64,000 nt of DNA, taken from NCBI GenBank assembly GCA_045597865.1, contig JAZLKX010000001.1, forward strand, positions 56,796-120,795. The letters run 5' to 3'. Source of the DNA: Bacilli bacterium (lineage in GTDB: Bacteria > Bacillota_I > Bacilli_A > RFN20 > CAG-826). Of this stretch, positions 1 to 10,567 are shown piece by piece; position 1 is the stretch's first letter, and every line of letters begins with the position of its first letter. The translations under genes and the position numbers were made by a program. The notes beneath the pieces are model-generated. The model did not search any database and was not told where the DNA came from. It was given only the letters and a program-made list of their open reading frames with translations.

Positions 1-93
1 TGGTGTAATAAAAACAACAAAAAAATTGTTTATCTAAAACGCACACAAGGAATTAGTTCCACATTAATTAAAGAAAATTTAGGAAAAAAATGA
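1..93 (+). CDS. 3' end of a glycerol-3-phosphate cytidylyltransferase (TagD-like), partial
   Basis: Frame 1 reads WCNKNNKKIVYLKRTQGISSTLIKENLGKK*; YLxRTxGISST is the typical C-terminal motif of this family; the TGA overlaps the next ATG. Confidence 0.7.
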   Translation, partial: WCNKNNKKIVYLKRTQGISSTLIKENLGKK

Positions 94-1181
94 AAATTTT
101 AGTAACTGGATCTCAAGGATTCATGGGAAAACACCTTAGAAAAAGACTTGATATTGAAGGTATTGAGTATTTTTCTTTTGATGTTTCAAATACCGAAGAA
201 GAATTAAAAACATATATTTTTGAATGTGATTTTGTTGTTCATTTAGCTGGAGTTATGAGGCCATTAAGCAATGAGGAATTTTATAATTCTAATTCTAATT
301 TAACTAAGAAAATTTTGGATATTATCAAATCGACAGGAAAACCTATTCCATTTTTATTAGCAAGTTCGACTCAAGCTACACTGGATAACGATTATGGCAA
401 AACAAAGAAAATGTGTGAAGATCTTGTTTTTGAATCCGGATTACCTGCATATGTTTATAGATTTACTAATGCATTTGGAAAATGGGGAAAACCAAATTAC
501 AACAGTGTTGCTTCAACATTCTTTTATAACATTGCTCATGATCTCGATATTTTCATAAGAGACCCTAACTTTGTTATACATTTTATTTATGTAGATGATA
601 TAGTAGATACAATTTTAGATTGTATAAAAGGCGCAAACAAACCATCTAGAGATATACTTTATGTTTCACCTGTTTATGATTGTACAATAGGTCACTTAGC
701 TGAATTAATTAAGTATTTTAAAAGTTGTATTGTAAGCGAAAAACATTTGCCAATAATTAAAGATGATTTTGAATTAAAGGTTTTTACAACATTTTGCGAT
801 TATTTTAGTGATGAAGGATATACTTTTAATTTTGCTAAAGACAGTCGTGGTTCTTTTGAAGAAATTTTTAAATCAAAAAAATATGGGCAAATTTCAATTA
901 ATAGGTCTTACCCTGGAATATTAAAAGGTGGTCATTACCATACTTTTAAAAATGAAATTTTTCAAACCGTTAAAGGAACATGTTTGACTCGTTTGAGAAA
1001 AATAGAAACCAATGTTATTGATAATTATGAAATGAATACACTTTCCCAAAACCAAGTGTATATTTACCCAAATTATACACACGATATTAGAAATATTGGA
1101 AAAGAGGAATCTGTGACTTTAATGTGGATTTCAGAAATTTATTCTGAAGATACTGCCGATACTTATAAGATGGATGTTTAA
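90..1181 (+). CDS. NAD-dependent epimerase/reductase with C-terminal cupin (CapF/WbjC-like)
   Basis: GSQGFMG Rossmann motif, HLAGVMRP, YGKTK, FGKWGKPNYNS, cupin segment DSRGSF...GGHYH. Confidence 0.85.
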   Translation: MKILVTGSQGFMGKHLRKRLDIEGIEYFSFDVSNTEEELKTYIFECDFVVHLAGVMRPLSNEEFYNSNSNLTKKILDIIKSTGKPIPFLLASSTQATLDNDYGKTKKMCEDLVFESGLPAYVYRFTNAFGKWGKPNYNSVASTFFYNIAHDLDIFIRDPNFVIHFIYVDDIVDTILDCIKGANKPSRDILYVSPVYDCTIGHLAELIKYFKSCIVSEKHLPIIKDDFELKVFTTFCDYFSDEGYTFNFAKDSRGSFEEIFKSKKYGQISINRSYPGILKGGHYHTFKNEIFQTVKGTCLTRLRKIETNVIDNYEMNTLSQNQVYIYPNYTHDIRNIGKEESVTLMWISEIYSEDTADTYKMDV

Positions 1182-1184
1182 TTT

Positions 1185-2348
1185 ATGTCTGATGTTAAGC
1201 AATATAAACTAGTTTATGTTGGTGGTGCGATTGATCATATTATTTTGCCAATAATTAAAGAATTCTATAAAAATTATGGTGGTGATTTTTTATTTATCTC
1301 AACTTATGAAAAAGCTGGCCTTAGAACTGATATTGGCTATAGTTTTGCTCCATCAGATTATCCATTTGTCAAAACCGCATATACCTCTAAAAAAGATTTT
1401 CGAGATTGCAAAAAACTAATTAAAAAAGCTAAGGTTGTCATATATCAAAGAGTAGAACACAAATCCATTATCAGAGGCAGATTATTCACACGAAAAATCA
1501 CATTCAAATGTACCGAAAGGTTATATAAGAAGAAAACAACACCAAAAAATTTTTTAAGGAGAGTTTTAGGCACAATTTATCATTATCATTTGTTCAATAA
1601 ACATAATAAATATGTTTTGTGCATGGGTGGATACGCTGCAGCAGACCTTAAAAAAGCTCATCTTTTTAAAGGCAAAATGTTGACTTGGGGTTATTTTACT
1701 GATACTACTAAAACTCCTTATGAACAGCTTTTAAAATTGAAAGAAAAAGATGATATAAACTCTTTCTGCTGGGTTGGACGTTTTGTCCCGGAAAAACAAC
1801 CAATGATGGTTTTAGAATTAGCTAAATTCTTAAAAAGCAAAAACATAAATTTTAAAATTAAAATGTGTGGTTATGGATCACTTATTGATGATTGTAATTC
1901 ATATGTTTCAGACAACAATTTAACTGACTGTGTTGATATTTTAGGACCTCTTCCTTTAAAAGAAAAAGAGGAGCTAATGAATTCATCTAAATATTTTTTA
2001 TTTACATCAAACAGAGAAGAGGGCTGGGGTGCAGTAGTGAATGAAGCTATGGGTTCTGCATGTGTTTGCTTTGCTCCTAAAGAAGCAGGATCTCCAAAAA
2101 CATTAATTGATGATTTAAATAATGGTTATTTATATTCTTCCGAAAATCAGGATGATTTAAATAATCTTGTAATTTCTGTTTTAAGTAAGAAAGATAATGA
2201 AAAAATTCAAAAAAATGCATACGAAAGCATTTCCGGTTGTTGGAATACGAAAGTTGCCGTAAAAAGGCTTTGCAAGTTTATAGATAATCTTTTAGATTAT
2301 AATAAAATTATTTTCGAAGATTATGGACCGTGCTCTGAAGCTAAATAA
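1185..2348 (+). CDS. Glycosyltransferase family 4
   Basis: WVGRFVPEKQP and EGWGAVVNEAMG (E-x7-E) motifs. Confidence 0.85.
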   Translation: MSDVKQYKLVYVGGAIDHIILPIIKEFYKNYGGDFLFISTYEKAGLRTDIGYSFAPSDYPFVKTAYTSKKDFRDCKKLIKKAKVVIYQRVEHKSIIRGRLFTRKITFKCTERLYKKKTTPKNFLRRVLGTIYHYHLFNKHNKYVLCMGGYAAADLKKAHLFKGKMLTWGYFTDTTKTPYEQLLKLKEKDDINSFCWVGRFVPEKQPMMVLELAKFLKSKNINFKIKMCGYGSLIDDCNSYVSDNNLTDCVDILGPLPLKEKEELMNSSKYFLFTSNREEGWGAVVNEAMGSACVCFAPKEAGSPKTLIDDLNNGYLYSSENQDDLNNLVISVLSKKDNEKIQKNAYESISGCWNTKVAVKRLCKFIDNLLDYNKIIFEDYGPCSEAK

Positions 2349-2441
2349 ATTTTTATTATTAACTATTATATATGGGAATTTATATTTAGTGCTCTAATGT
2401 GCTACCTATTTTTAATATTATGATATAATATATTAAACGTT

Positions 2442-3545
2442 ATGAAAAAGATATTGGTATGTTTTGGCACTAGACCGGAAGCTATAAAAATGTGTCCGCT
2501 AGTAATTGCGTTAAGAAAAAAACAATGTTTTGATGTTAAAATTGTGGTTTCGGGACAACATAAAGAAATGCTGCAATCAGTTTTAAAAGTATTTCACATG
2601 GTACCTGATTACAATTTGGATATAATGAAAGAAAATCAAACTCTTTTTGATATTACAAATTCTACTTTAGAAAAATCCAAAGTGGTTTTTGAAAAAGAAA
2701 ACCCCGATCTAGTATTGGTTCACGGTGATACTTCTACTTCCTTCGCTTTCTCATTAGCGGCTTTTTATCTTGGCATAAAGGTTGGGCACGTTGAAGCTGG
2801 ATTAAGAACTTACGATATTCATTCCCCTTTTCCTGAGGAATTCAATAGATGCGCTATTTCGGTAGTTTCAGAATTAGATTTTGCTCCAACAGATTCAGCA
2901 AAATGTAATTTATTAAGAATGGGTAAAAATGAAAAATTTATTTTTGTAACAGGCAACACCGGTATTGATTCTTTACGATATACAATTGATGAAAATTATT
3001 TTGATGAAAACATTAAATTTGCAAAAGATAATCCGACTATTTTAGTTACTTGTCATCGAAGAGAAAATATTGGTGCTAACATGGAGAATATCTTCTCTGC
3101 TCTTAAAAGAATAGCTTTGGAATTTAAAACAATTAACATTATTTACCCAGTACATAAAAATCCTAAAGTTAGAGAAATAGCACGCAAACATCTAGATAAT
3201 GTGAAAAATATTAAACTTGTAGAACCATTAAACACTATAGAGTTTCACAATCTAATGAATTGTTGTAAATTTGTTGTAACTGATAGTGGAGGAATACAAG
3301 AAGAAGCGCCTTTTTTAGGGAAACCTGTTTTAGTTGTTAGGGATACAACTGAACGACCAGAAGCGGTTAAAGCTGGTACTTGTAAACTTTCTGGGGTAAA
3401 TGAAGATTCAATCTATAATGATATTAAAGAATTAATAACATCAAATAGTTTTTATAATAAAATGGCTAATTCTATAAATCCATATGGTGATGGTTTTGCC
3501 TCTGAGAAAATAGCTGATATTTTGGAGCAAATTTATGATTCCTAA
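2442..3545 (+). CDS. wecB: UDP-N-acetylglucosamine 2-epimerase (non-hydrolysing)
   Basis: FGTRPEAIKM, HGDT, HVEAGLRT, PFPEE, HRREN, TDSGGIQEEAP, TERPE, NPYGDG. Confidence 0.95.
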   Translation: MKKILVCFGTRPEAIKMCPLVIALRKKQCFDVKIVVSGQHKEMLQSVLKVFHMVPDYNLDIMKENQTLFDITNSTLEKSKVVFEKENPDLVLVHGDTSTSFAFSLAAFYLGIKVGHVEAGLRTYDIHSPFPEEFNRCAISVVSELDFAPTDSAKCNLLRMGKNEKFIFVTGNTGIDSLRYTIDENYFDENIKFAKDNPTILVTCHRRENIGANMENIFSALKRIALEFKTINIIYPVHKNPKVREIARKHLDNVKNIKLVEPLNTIEFHNLMNCCKFVVTDSGGIQEEAPFLGKPVLVVRDTTERPEAVKAGTCKLSGVNEDSIYNDIKELITSNSFYNKMANSINPYGDGFASEKIADILEQIYDS

Positions 3546-4248
3546 GATTATTCATTATATTTGGTTTGGTGATAAACCACTCGATAATGTTGCGAAGAAA
3601 TGCTTAAAGAGTTGGAAAAAATATTGTCCAGATTATAAGTTAATTCTTTGGAACGAAAAAAATTTTGATGTAAACATGTTTCAATATACTAAAGAAGCAT
3701 TTTTAACAAAATCTTGGGCTTTTTTGAGTGATGTTGTTAGATTGTATGCTCTTGTGAATTACGGTGGAGTTTATATGGACACAGATGTTCAAATTACTAA
3801 ACCTATTGACGATTTTCTTGATAAAAGAGCCTTTTCTGGTTTTGAAGATCAAAAAAATATTCCGACAGGCATTATGGCATGCGAAAAAGGTTTTCCTCTT
3901 TTTGAAAAACTTTTAAATGATTACAAATCAAGATCTTTAATTAGAAAAGATGGCTCAATCGATAGAACCACAAACGTTCAAACTATTACAAAAACTCTTT
4001 TACAGTATGGTTTTGTACCAAATAATCAATATCAGGTTATTGAAGGGTTTGAATTATTTCCTAATGATTATTTTTGTCCTAAAGATCATAATACATTGAA
4101 AATATGCAAAACACAAAATACCCATACAATACATCATTTTAATGCTTCGTGGTGTACGAAAAAAGAACGTTTTATTAGAAAAATAGGTCCAAAATGGACG
4201 AGAATATTAGTTTCTATTAAACATATTTTTAGGCGCAAACATGAATAA
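3535..4248 (+). CDS. Glycosyltransferase family 32 (DXD sugar-binding)
   Basis: MIPKIIHYIWFG, SDVVRLYAL..YGGVYMDTD, HHFNASW. Confidence 0.9.
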   Translation: MIPKIIHYIWFGDKPLDNVAKKCLKSWKKYCPDYKLILWNEKNFDVNMFQYTKEAFLTKSWAFLSDVVRLYALVNYGGVYMDTDVQITKPIDDFLDKRAFSGFEDQKNIPTGIMACEKGFPLFEKLLNDYKSRSLIRKDGSIDRTTNVQTITKTLLQYGFVPNNQYQVIEGFELFPNDYFCPKDHNTLKICKTQNTHTIHHFNASWCTKKERFIRKIGPKWTRILVSIKHIFRRKHE

Positions 4249-5290
4249 AAAAGTTTCTATTATTGTCCCTGTTTATAATTCTGCCAAGTATTTGTATCAA
4301 TGTTTAAATTCTATAAAAAATCAAACATTTAGTGATTTTGAACTGATACTTATTGATGATGGTTCAAATGATGAGTCATACGATATTTGCAAGAATTTTT
4401 GTTTAAATGAAAAAAGAGCAATTTTATATCATAACGAAAACCACGGGGTAAGTTATTCAAGAAATTTTGGTATTTATCATTCCAATTGTGAATTTATTTG
4501 TTTTGTTGATTCTGATGATGTGGTCGACAAAGATTTTATTGGAAAAATGTATTCTAGGATAAAAGGAAAAGACATTGTTTTTTGCAGGTTTTCTATGTTT
4601 TCAGAGTTTAATCTTAAAACAAAATATTTTGAGAATAACTTGTCTAAACTTGTTCGTTCTCCTTCCTCGCTTCAGTATTTGCTGGTTGGGGACAAATATT
4701 CTAACAAAAATAATTTAATTGAAACAAATAAAGTTTTTGGATCCTGTTGTAGGTCAATGTTTAGAAAAAATATTATTCAAAAACATAATATAAAATTTCC
4801 TGAGAACGTTGTTCTTGGTGAAGACACTGTTTTTTTAATGAATTACTTGCTTTGTTGCAAAAATGCTTACTTGGTCGATGAATATTTATATTTTTATAGA
4901 ATAAGTTGCAATTCTGCAGTAAAGAAATATGCAACAAATTATGTTTCAAACTTTTACGAAACTAGAGTTGAGACGTTGAGAGCAGAAATTGATTCACTTT
5001 CTAAAATTCAAAACAAAAATTACGCTTGCCTTTTAGAAAATTATGTGAAAATGGATTTTAACTTTAATTTTGTAATAAATGAGATTAAATTAAATCCTTT
5101 AACTTCATATAACAAATTGCTCAAAATAAGCAAAAGCGAATATAAAACATATTTAAATTTTAAAATTAAGTTAATTTCTAAATTGAGTAAAATAACATTT
5201 AAAAGAAAAATTTTATTAATTTTAATTAAATATAGAAATTATAGACTAATTAGTTTTTTCTTAAGGAGGAATAAAAAGTGGATGATCTAA
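4241..5290 (+). CDS. Glycosyltransferase family 2
   Basis: SIIVPVYN, DDGS, RNFG, FVDSDD, GED. Confidence 0.9.
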   Translation: MNKKVSIIVPVYNSAKYLYQCLNSIKNQTFSDFELILIDDGSNDESYDICKNFCLNEKRAILYHNENHGVSYSRNFGIYHSNCEFICFVDSDDVVDKDFIGKMYSRIKGKDIVFCRFSMFSEFNLKTKYFENNLSKLVRSPSSLQYLLVGDKYSNKNNLIETNKVFGSCCRSMFRKNIIQKHNIKFPENVVLGEDTVFLMNYLLCCKNAYLVDEYLYFYRISCNSAVKKYATNYVSNFYETRVETLRAEIDSLSKIQNKNYACLLENYVKMDFNFNFVINEIKLNPLTSYNKLLKISKSEYKTYLNFKIKLISKLSKITFKRKILLILIKYRNYRLISFFLRRNKKWMI

Positions 5291-7287
5291 TTACAATTGT
5301 TATTCCTGTTTACAATGTTGAAAAATACTTAAATAGATGTATATCTTCGGTTATTAAACAAACTTACAATAACCTAGAAATTATACTTTCTGATGATGGT
5401 TCGAAAGATTCAAGCGGTTCTATTTGTGATGAATTTGCAAAAAAAGATAAAAGGATCAAAGTTTTGCATTTTGAAAATAAAGGTTTATCAGAAGCAAGAA
5501 ATAGGGGAATTAGAATAGCAAAAGGAAAATATATTTGTTTTGTTGATTCAGATGACTGGGTTGATGAAAATTATGTTTTAAAAATGTATTATGCCTTAAG
5601 AAAAACAAATTCTGATATTGCGGAATGTAGATTCAAGAGATGTTCAAATGAAAATGAGGTTGGAAATAAAAATGGTAATATTTTAGAATTTGACAATATC
5701 TCTGCTCTTTCATTGCTGAGCAATGTTGATTATGATAAACACATAGTTGCTTGGAATAAATTATATAAAACAGAACTTTTTAATGACGTTTCATTTCCTT
5801 TGGGAAAGTTGCATGAAGATGAATTTACCATTCATAAACTAATTTCTAAAGTTAATAAATTTTGCATAGTAAATGATGAACTTTACTTTTATTTTCAAAA
5901 TCAATCAAGCATAATGACTTCAAAAATTAGTCTAAAAAGATTAGATTCGATTGATGCTTTTTTGGAGAGGATTGAATTTTTCAAAAGCAAAAATCTTAGC
6001 AATTTAGCGAACAAAACATCATACCTCTTATTTAGATTGTTTTGTGATTTTGCAAGTTTTGAACGAGAGAAATTTGCTGATTTCGACAAATTCTTTTTCG
6101 AATTAAATAAAAAATACATTGATTGTAAAAGCGTCATTGATACACAACAGTTAAACAAGGTTGAAAAAAGATACTTAAAAAAGGCAAGCAAAAACGTACT
6201 TAATTTGAAAAAATGCAAGATTTCGGTTTATTATTCACAAAGAATTAAATCTAAAATAAGATCTATCAAATCAAAATTTTCGATTGCTAAAAAACCATCT
6301 TTTATCGATGAAATAAAAAATTCTAGGAAAACAAATTCAAAAATTGGTTTTATATTATCTGCTGTTGAATACTTAAATTATGGTGATTTAGCAATTGGCG
6401 AGGCCATGAAACAATATACTTCTAATTATTTTAAAGTCATTGAAATCTCTCAGAATGATACAGTTAAATATTTTGATGAACTGAAGAAAATGATTAAGTT
6501 TGATGATGTTATATTTCTTCCTGGCGGAGGAAACATGGGAGATGTTTGGAAACATGATGAAAATATCAGAAGAAATATTATTAAAAGTTTCCCAAATAAC
6601 AAAATCGTAATTTTCCCACAATCAATTAATTATTGTGATTTAGAAAGCGAATATTTTTTGGAGTCAGTTAAAATATATAATAACAATCCGTTGTTAACAC
6701 TTTGTGTTAGAGATGTCGAATCTTTAAATAAAGCAAGAAGTTATTACAATAATTTGAATTGTGTGTTGATTCCTGATTCAGTATTTTTATTAAATGACGT
6801 TGTTGATTCAGAAAGTACTAGCAAAGTTGCTTTATGCTTTAGAGACGATAAAGAGCAGTCAGTAAGTTCGATTAGAAAAGAATTAGAAATTATTGATGTT
6901 ATTGAAGATTTAAAAATGCCGATTAAGCTTATTTCTACAGTATCTAACGGAAATACTTCTTTATTAAAAAGAAAAGATGATGTAATGGCAAAAATAAAAG
7001 AAGTAGCATCATATAAGATTGTAATTACCGACAGGCTCCATTGCATAATTTTCTGTGTGCTAACCGAAACGCCTTGCATTGCTCTCAATAATGCTAACAA
7101 CAAAATAAAAATGTTTATTGAAACTTGGTTGCCAAATGCAAAATTTGTTTTGTATTTGGATAAAAATGATAAAATAGATGCTAGTATTTTTAATCAATTC
7201 AATGATTATAAATACAAAGAAAAAATCAATTTAGCTGACAAATTTAATGAATTAGGAAAAATTTTAGATGAGTACTCCAAGATTTAA
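5278..7287 (+). CDS. GT2 fused to polysaccharide pyruvyl transferase domain
   Basis: N-terminal GT2 motifs (IPVYN, DDGS, FVDSDD, HED); C-terminal NYGDLAI, GGGNMGD, PQSI, VRD, PD, TDRLH; GTG start after AGGAGG. Confidence 0.85.
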   Translation: MDDLITIVIPVYNVEKYLNRCISSVIKQTYNNLEIILSDDGSKDSSGSICDEFAKKDKRIKVLHFENKGLSEARNRGIRIAKGKYICFVDSDDWVDENYVLKMYYALRKTNSDIAECRFKRCSNENEVGNKNGNILEFDNISALSLLSNVDYDKHIVAWNKLYKTELFNDVSFPLGKLHEDEFTIHKLISKVNKFCIVNDELYFYFQNQSSIMTSKISLKRLDSIDAFLERIEFFKSKNLSNLANKTSYLLFRLFCDFASFEREKFADFDKFFFELNKKYIDCKSVIDTQQLNKVEKRYLKKASKNVLNLKKCKISVYYSQRIKSKIRSIKSKFSIAKKPSFIDEIKNSRKTNSKIGFILSAVEYLNYGDLAIGEAMKQYTSNYFKVIEISQNDTVKYFDELKKMIKFDDVIFLPGGGNMGDVWKHDENIRRNIIKSFPNNKIVIFPQSINYCDLESEYFLESVKIYNNNPLLTLCVRDVESLNKARSYYNNLNCVLIPDSVFLLNDVVDSESTSKVALCFRDDKEQSVSSIRKELEIIDVIEDLKMPIKLISTVSNGNTSLLKRKDDVMAKIKEVASYKIVITDRLHCIIFCVLTETPCIALNNANNKIKMFIETWLPNAKFVLYLDKNDKIDASIFNQFNDYKYKEKINLADKFNELGKILDEYSKI

Positions 7288-8362
7288 AAGATTGATTGAA
7301 TGTTACGTGCCTATTTATGCATGTAATTTTCGCTGTGATTATTGTTATATAAAACAAAATCCAAATCGTTTTTTTGAATCGCGTGTTGAAAAGTTTAAAT
7401 ACTCACCAGAACACATCGCTAAGTGTTTAAGTAAAAAGAGACTTGGCGGTGTATGCTTAATTAATTTATGTGCTGGTGGTGAAACTCTATTATCAGAAGA
7501 AGTTGTTGAACTTACAAGGTATCTATTAGAAGACGGTCACTTTGTAATGATTGTCAACAATGGTACATGCGCTAATAACATTCAAAAACTATGTGATTTC
7601 CCGAACAATTTAAAAGAAAGATTATGGCTTAGATTCTCACTACATTGGTTAGAATTGAAAAGATTAAATTTGATAGACCGTTTCTTTGATAATGTTAAAA
7701 ATTGCAAAAACAATGGCATTTCTATCGGAGTTGAAATGGTTGCAAGTGATGATTATATCCCATTTATTCCTGAGATAATTAAAAAATGTAATGATGAAAT
7801 AAAATCGCTTCCAGAAATAAATATTGCAAGGAAAGATCCTGAATTTACGACATTGACCAATCTTTCTGAGGAAGAATATATTAAAACATGGTCAGTTTTT
7901 AATTCTAAATCTTTTGATTTAAAACTTAAAACTGTTGGGGTTAAAAGAAGAGAATTTTGTTATGCAGGAGATTGGTCTGTTACATTAGATTTGGGAAATG
8001 GAAACATGAGCAAATGCTATTCCTGTTTTTTACAAAACATTTTCAAAAATCCTAATTCTAAAATTAAATTTGAAGCTATGGGCAAAAAATGTCCGCTTCC
8101 ATATTGCCATAATTCACATCTTTGGATGGCAATCGGAAATATTCCAACTTTAGAATTTCCTACTTTGTTAGAAATTAGATCTAAAGAATGTAGTGATGGG
8201 ACTCATTGGTTATCTAAAACATATCAAGAGTTTATATCTCAAAAAGTTTATGAGAATAATAAACAGTACTCTCTTTTTAAAAGAGCAGTTATCAAAATGT
8301 CGCATTTTATAAAATTCTTAATTTCAAAGTTAAAGCATTTAATAAGAAAGGTTTTTAAATAA
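7268..8362 (+). CDS. Radical SAM protein inside polysaccharide operon
   Basis: CNFRCDYC (CxxxCxxC), GGET, C-terminal Cys-rich segment (CYAG...CYSC...CPLPYC). Confidence 0.8.
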   Translation: MSTPRFKRLIECYVPIYACNFRCDYCYIKQNPNRFFESRVEKFKYSPEHIAKCLSKKRLGGVCLINLCAGGETLLSEEVVELTRYLLEDGHFVMIVNNGTCANNIQKLCDFPNNLKERLWLRFSLHWLELKRLNLIDRFFDNVKNCKNNGISIGVEMVASDDYIPFIPEIIKKCNDEIKSLPEINIARKDPEFTTLTNLSEEEYIKTWSVFNSKSFDLKLKTVGVKRREFCYAGDWSVTLDLGNGNMSKCYSCFLQNIFKNPNSKIKFEAMGKKCPLPYCHNSHLWMAIGNIPTLEFPTLLEIRSKECSDGTHWLSKTYQEFISQKVYENNKQYSLFKRAVIKMSHFIKFLISKLKHLIRKVFK

Positions 8363-8363
8363 T

Positions 8364-9323
8364 ATGGTTTCGGTTATAGTACCTATTTATAACGTTGAAA
8401 AGTATTTGTTTGAATGCCTTGAATCTTTGAACAATCAATCCTTTGATGATTATGAGGTTTTATTAATTGATGATGGGTCGACTGATTATTCATCAGATAT
8501 TGCAAAAAAATATTGTGAAAATTGTAATTTTCAATATTTTCGCAAAGAGAATGGTGGATTATCATCTGCAAGAAATTTTGGAATTAATAGAGCAAAAGGC
8601 GAATGGCTTATGTTTGTTGATTCAGATGACATTGTCGACTCGTATTTTATTGAAAAATTGTATAATTTGGTTAAATCTTCTAATACTCAAATTGGTGTTT
8701 GTTCGTTTAAAAAGTTTCAAGATAAAGAAGAAATTAGTGTAGCAGAGCAAGGAGCAACAAAAGTATATTCAAAAGAGGAATACTTTAATTATTTTTTTGA
8801 ATCCGCTTTTATGGCTGCTTGTAACAAAATTTATAAAAAGAGTTTATTTGATGATATTAGATATCCAGAAAAACGAATTCATGAAGATTTTGCAACAACG
8901 TATAAGTTAATTGACAAACTTAATTATATCTCGGTCATTAATGAGGAACTCTACAATTATCGCTTTAATAATAACAGCATTACTTTATCTAAAATTAAAC
9001 ATAACAAAATAGATTTACTTGAAGTTTATAAATCAATTATTTTGTTTTACAAAGACAAGAAAGAGAATTATCAAATTGCATTAGTTAAAAAAACATCAAA
9101 TCAATTCTTCTCTTGTTTTGGAACATTATTGACCTACAAAAAAGATAGGTATGAAAATTATAAGGATTTCAAATATCAAGTTTCAGAATCTTATAAAAAC
9201 AATTATAAATTGATTGGGCAATTACCATTGTCGGTTGTTAACAAGATTATTTATCTTTTATCATTTAAGAGGTTGTTTTTATTAATTTTTGTATCAAGAA
9301 TTAAAAGGATATTAAAGAGATGA
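8364..9323 (+). CDS. Glycosyltransferase family 2
   Basis: VIVPIYNVE, DDGS, NGGLSSARN, FVDSDD, HED. Confidence 0.9.
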   Translation: MVSVIVPIYNVEKYLFECLESLNNQSFDDYEVLLIDDGSTDYSSDIAKKYCENCNFQYFRKENGGLSSARNFGINRAKGEWLMFVDSDDIVDSYFIEKLYNLVKSSNTQIGVCSFKKFQDKEEISVAEQGATKVYSKEEYFNYFFESAFMAACNKIYKKSLFDDIRYPEKRIHEDFATTYKLIDKLNYISVINEELYNYRFNNNSITLSKIKHNKIDLLEVYKSIILFYKDKKENYQIALVKKTSNQFFSCFGTLLTYKKDRYENYKDFKYQVSESYKNNYKLIGQLPLSVVNKIIYLLSFKRLFLLIFVSRIKRILKR

Positions 9324-10567
9324 TATTTAAAAAAATAAGTAAGAAAATCGCAATATCCTTATCCGTTATTTTAGTTACAGTAGCGACCGTTTTCACTGTT
9401 GCAATGTTATTGTCTCAGAAAGTGCCTGATCCTATTTATGTAAATAATGAAGAAGATTTTTATAAAATTAATGATCGCTTGGATGGATATTTTATAATAA
9501 ATAAATCTTTCTCATTTTCATCACCAGTAAAACCAATCGGAGATAAAGACCATCCTTTTAAAGGAAAAATAAATGGTCTTAGTTCGATTTTCTATAATAT
9601 CGAATTTGACTACAATGAACTTGATTTAGATAAATACACCGTTGATGGAACAACCTATATTGGTCTATTTCCTTTTAATGAAGGATCAATACTCAAAACT
9701 AATTTTTATAATGTAAAATATTCGAATTTCTCAAGTGCTTTTGATACCAATTTAAATATTGGTGTTGTGTCAGGTATTAATAAAGGAAGAATTTCTGGCT
9801 GTAGAATTTCCGGATTAAAAGAGCTTGAATTTAATAGTTCTAAGAATATTAATTTTGGTGGTTATACTGGAGTTAATGAAGGAGAAATTTCAAAAAATGA
9901 TCTCGTCGGGCACTTTAATTTAAGATCGTCAGCAAATACATTTTCAATAGGTGAATTTGCTGGTGAATCTCGAAGCAATTCAATTTTAGAACTGTGCAAG
10001 AGCGGTGGCCACATTATGGTTTATAATAGCGAATGTGGTGAGATTCAAAATTTAAATATTGGTATTGGTACTGGTGTATTATCTGGCGGCAAAATCAATA
10101 ACAATATTTTTGAGAATGCATCAATTTCAATTTATAGCAAAGCAGTTAGTAATTCTTATATTGGCGGAATAGTTGGCTTAACAAACAGCGGGTCTTCGGT
10201 TGAAATAAAAAACTGTTACTACAAGGGCAACATTTCCTCATTCGCTATTAATGAACAGCATATTTCATTCTCGATTGGTAAAAATTTATCAAGCAAGATT
10301 TCTGCAAAGAATCTATTGTTGGGAGGATCTTTAGCTACTAAAAACAGCAAATCTTTAGAAATAAATTATAGTGATATACCATTAACTTCTGATAACATTG
10401 AAAATTGTTACATTTTAAATGATTTTGCTGCTCCATCAGCTGCAAAGATTATTTGCAAAAAAATAAGTATTGATGATGTTACGATTAGCAAAATGAAATG
10501 GAATGATGGAATATGGATCATTTCTAATGGAAAAATATCTTTTAAGGAGTTTACAATTGATGAATAA
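9320..10567 (+). CDS. Membrane-anchored/secreted GLUG-repeat (beta-helix-like) protein, copy 1
   Basis: N-terminal hydrophobic helix; PIG...F.G motif; repeated G-x-x-x-G-x-N-x-G-x-I units (GGYTGVNEGEI, GGIVG). Confidence 0.65.
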   Translation: MIFKKISKKIAISLSVILVTVATVFTVAMLLSQKVPDPIYVNNEEDFYKINDRLDGYFIINKSFSFSSPVKPIGDKDHPFKGKINGLSSIFYNIEFDYNELDLDKYTVDGTTYIGLFPFNEGSILKTNFYNVKYSNFSSAFDTNLNIGVVSGINKGRISGCRISGLKELEFNSSKNINFGGYTGVNEGEISKNDLVGHFNLRSSANTFSIGEFAGESRSNSILELCKSGGHIMVYNSECGEIQNLNIGIGTGVLSGGKINNNIFENASISIYSKAVSNSYIGGIVGLTNSGSSVEIKNCYYKGNISSFAINEQHISFSIGKNLSSKISAKNLLLGGSLATKNSKSLEINYSDIPLTSDNIENCYILNDFAAPSAAKIICKKISIDDVTISKMKWNDGIWIISNGKISFKEFTIDE

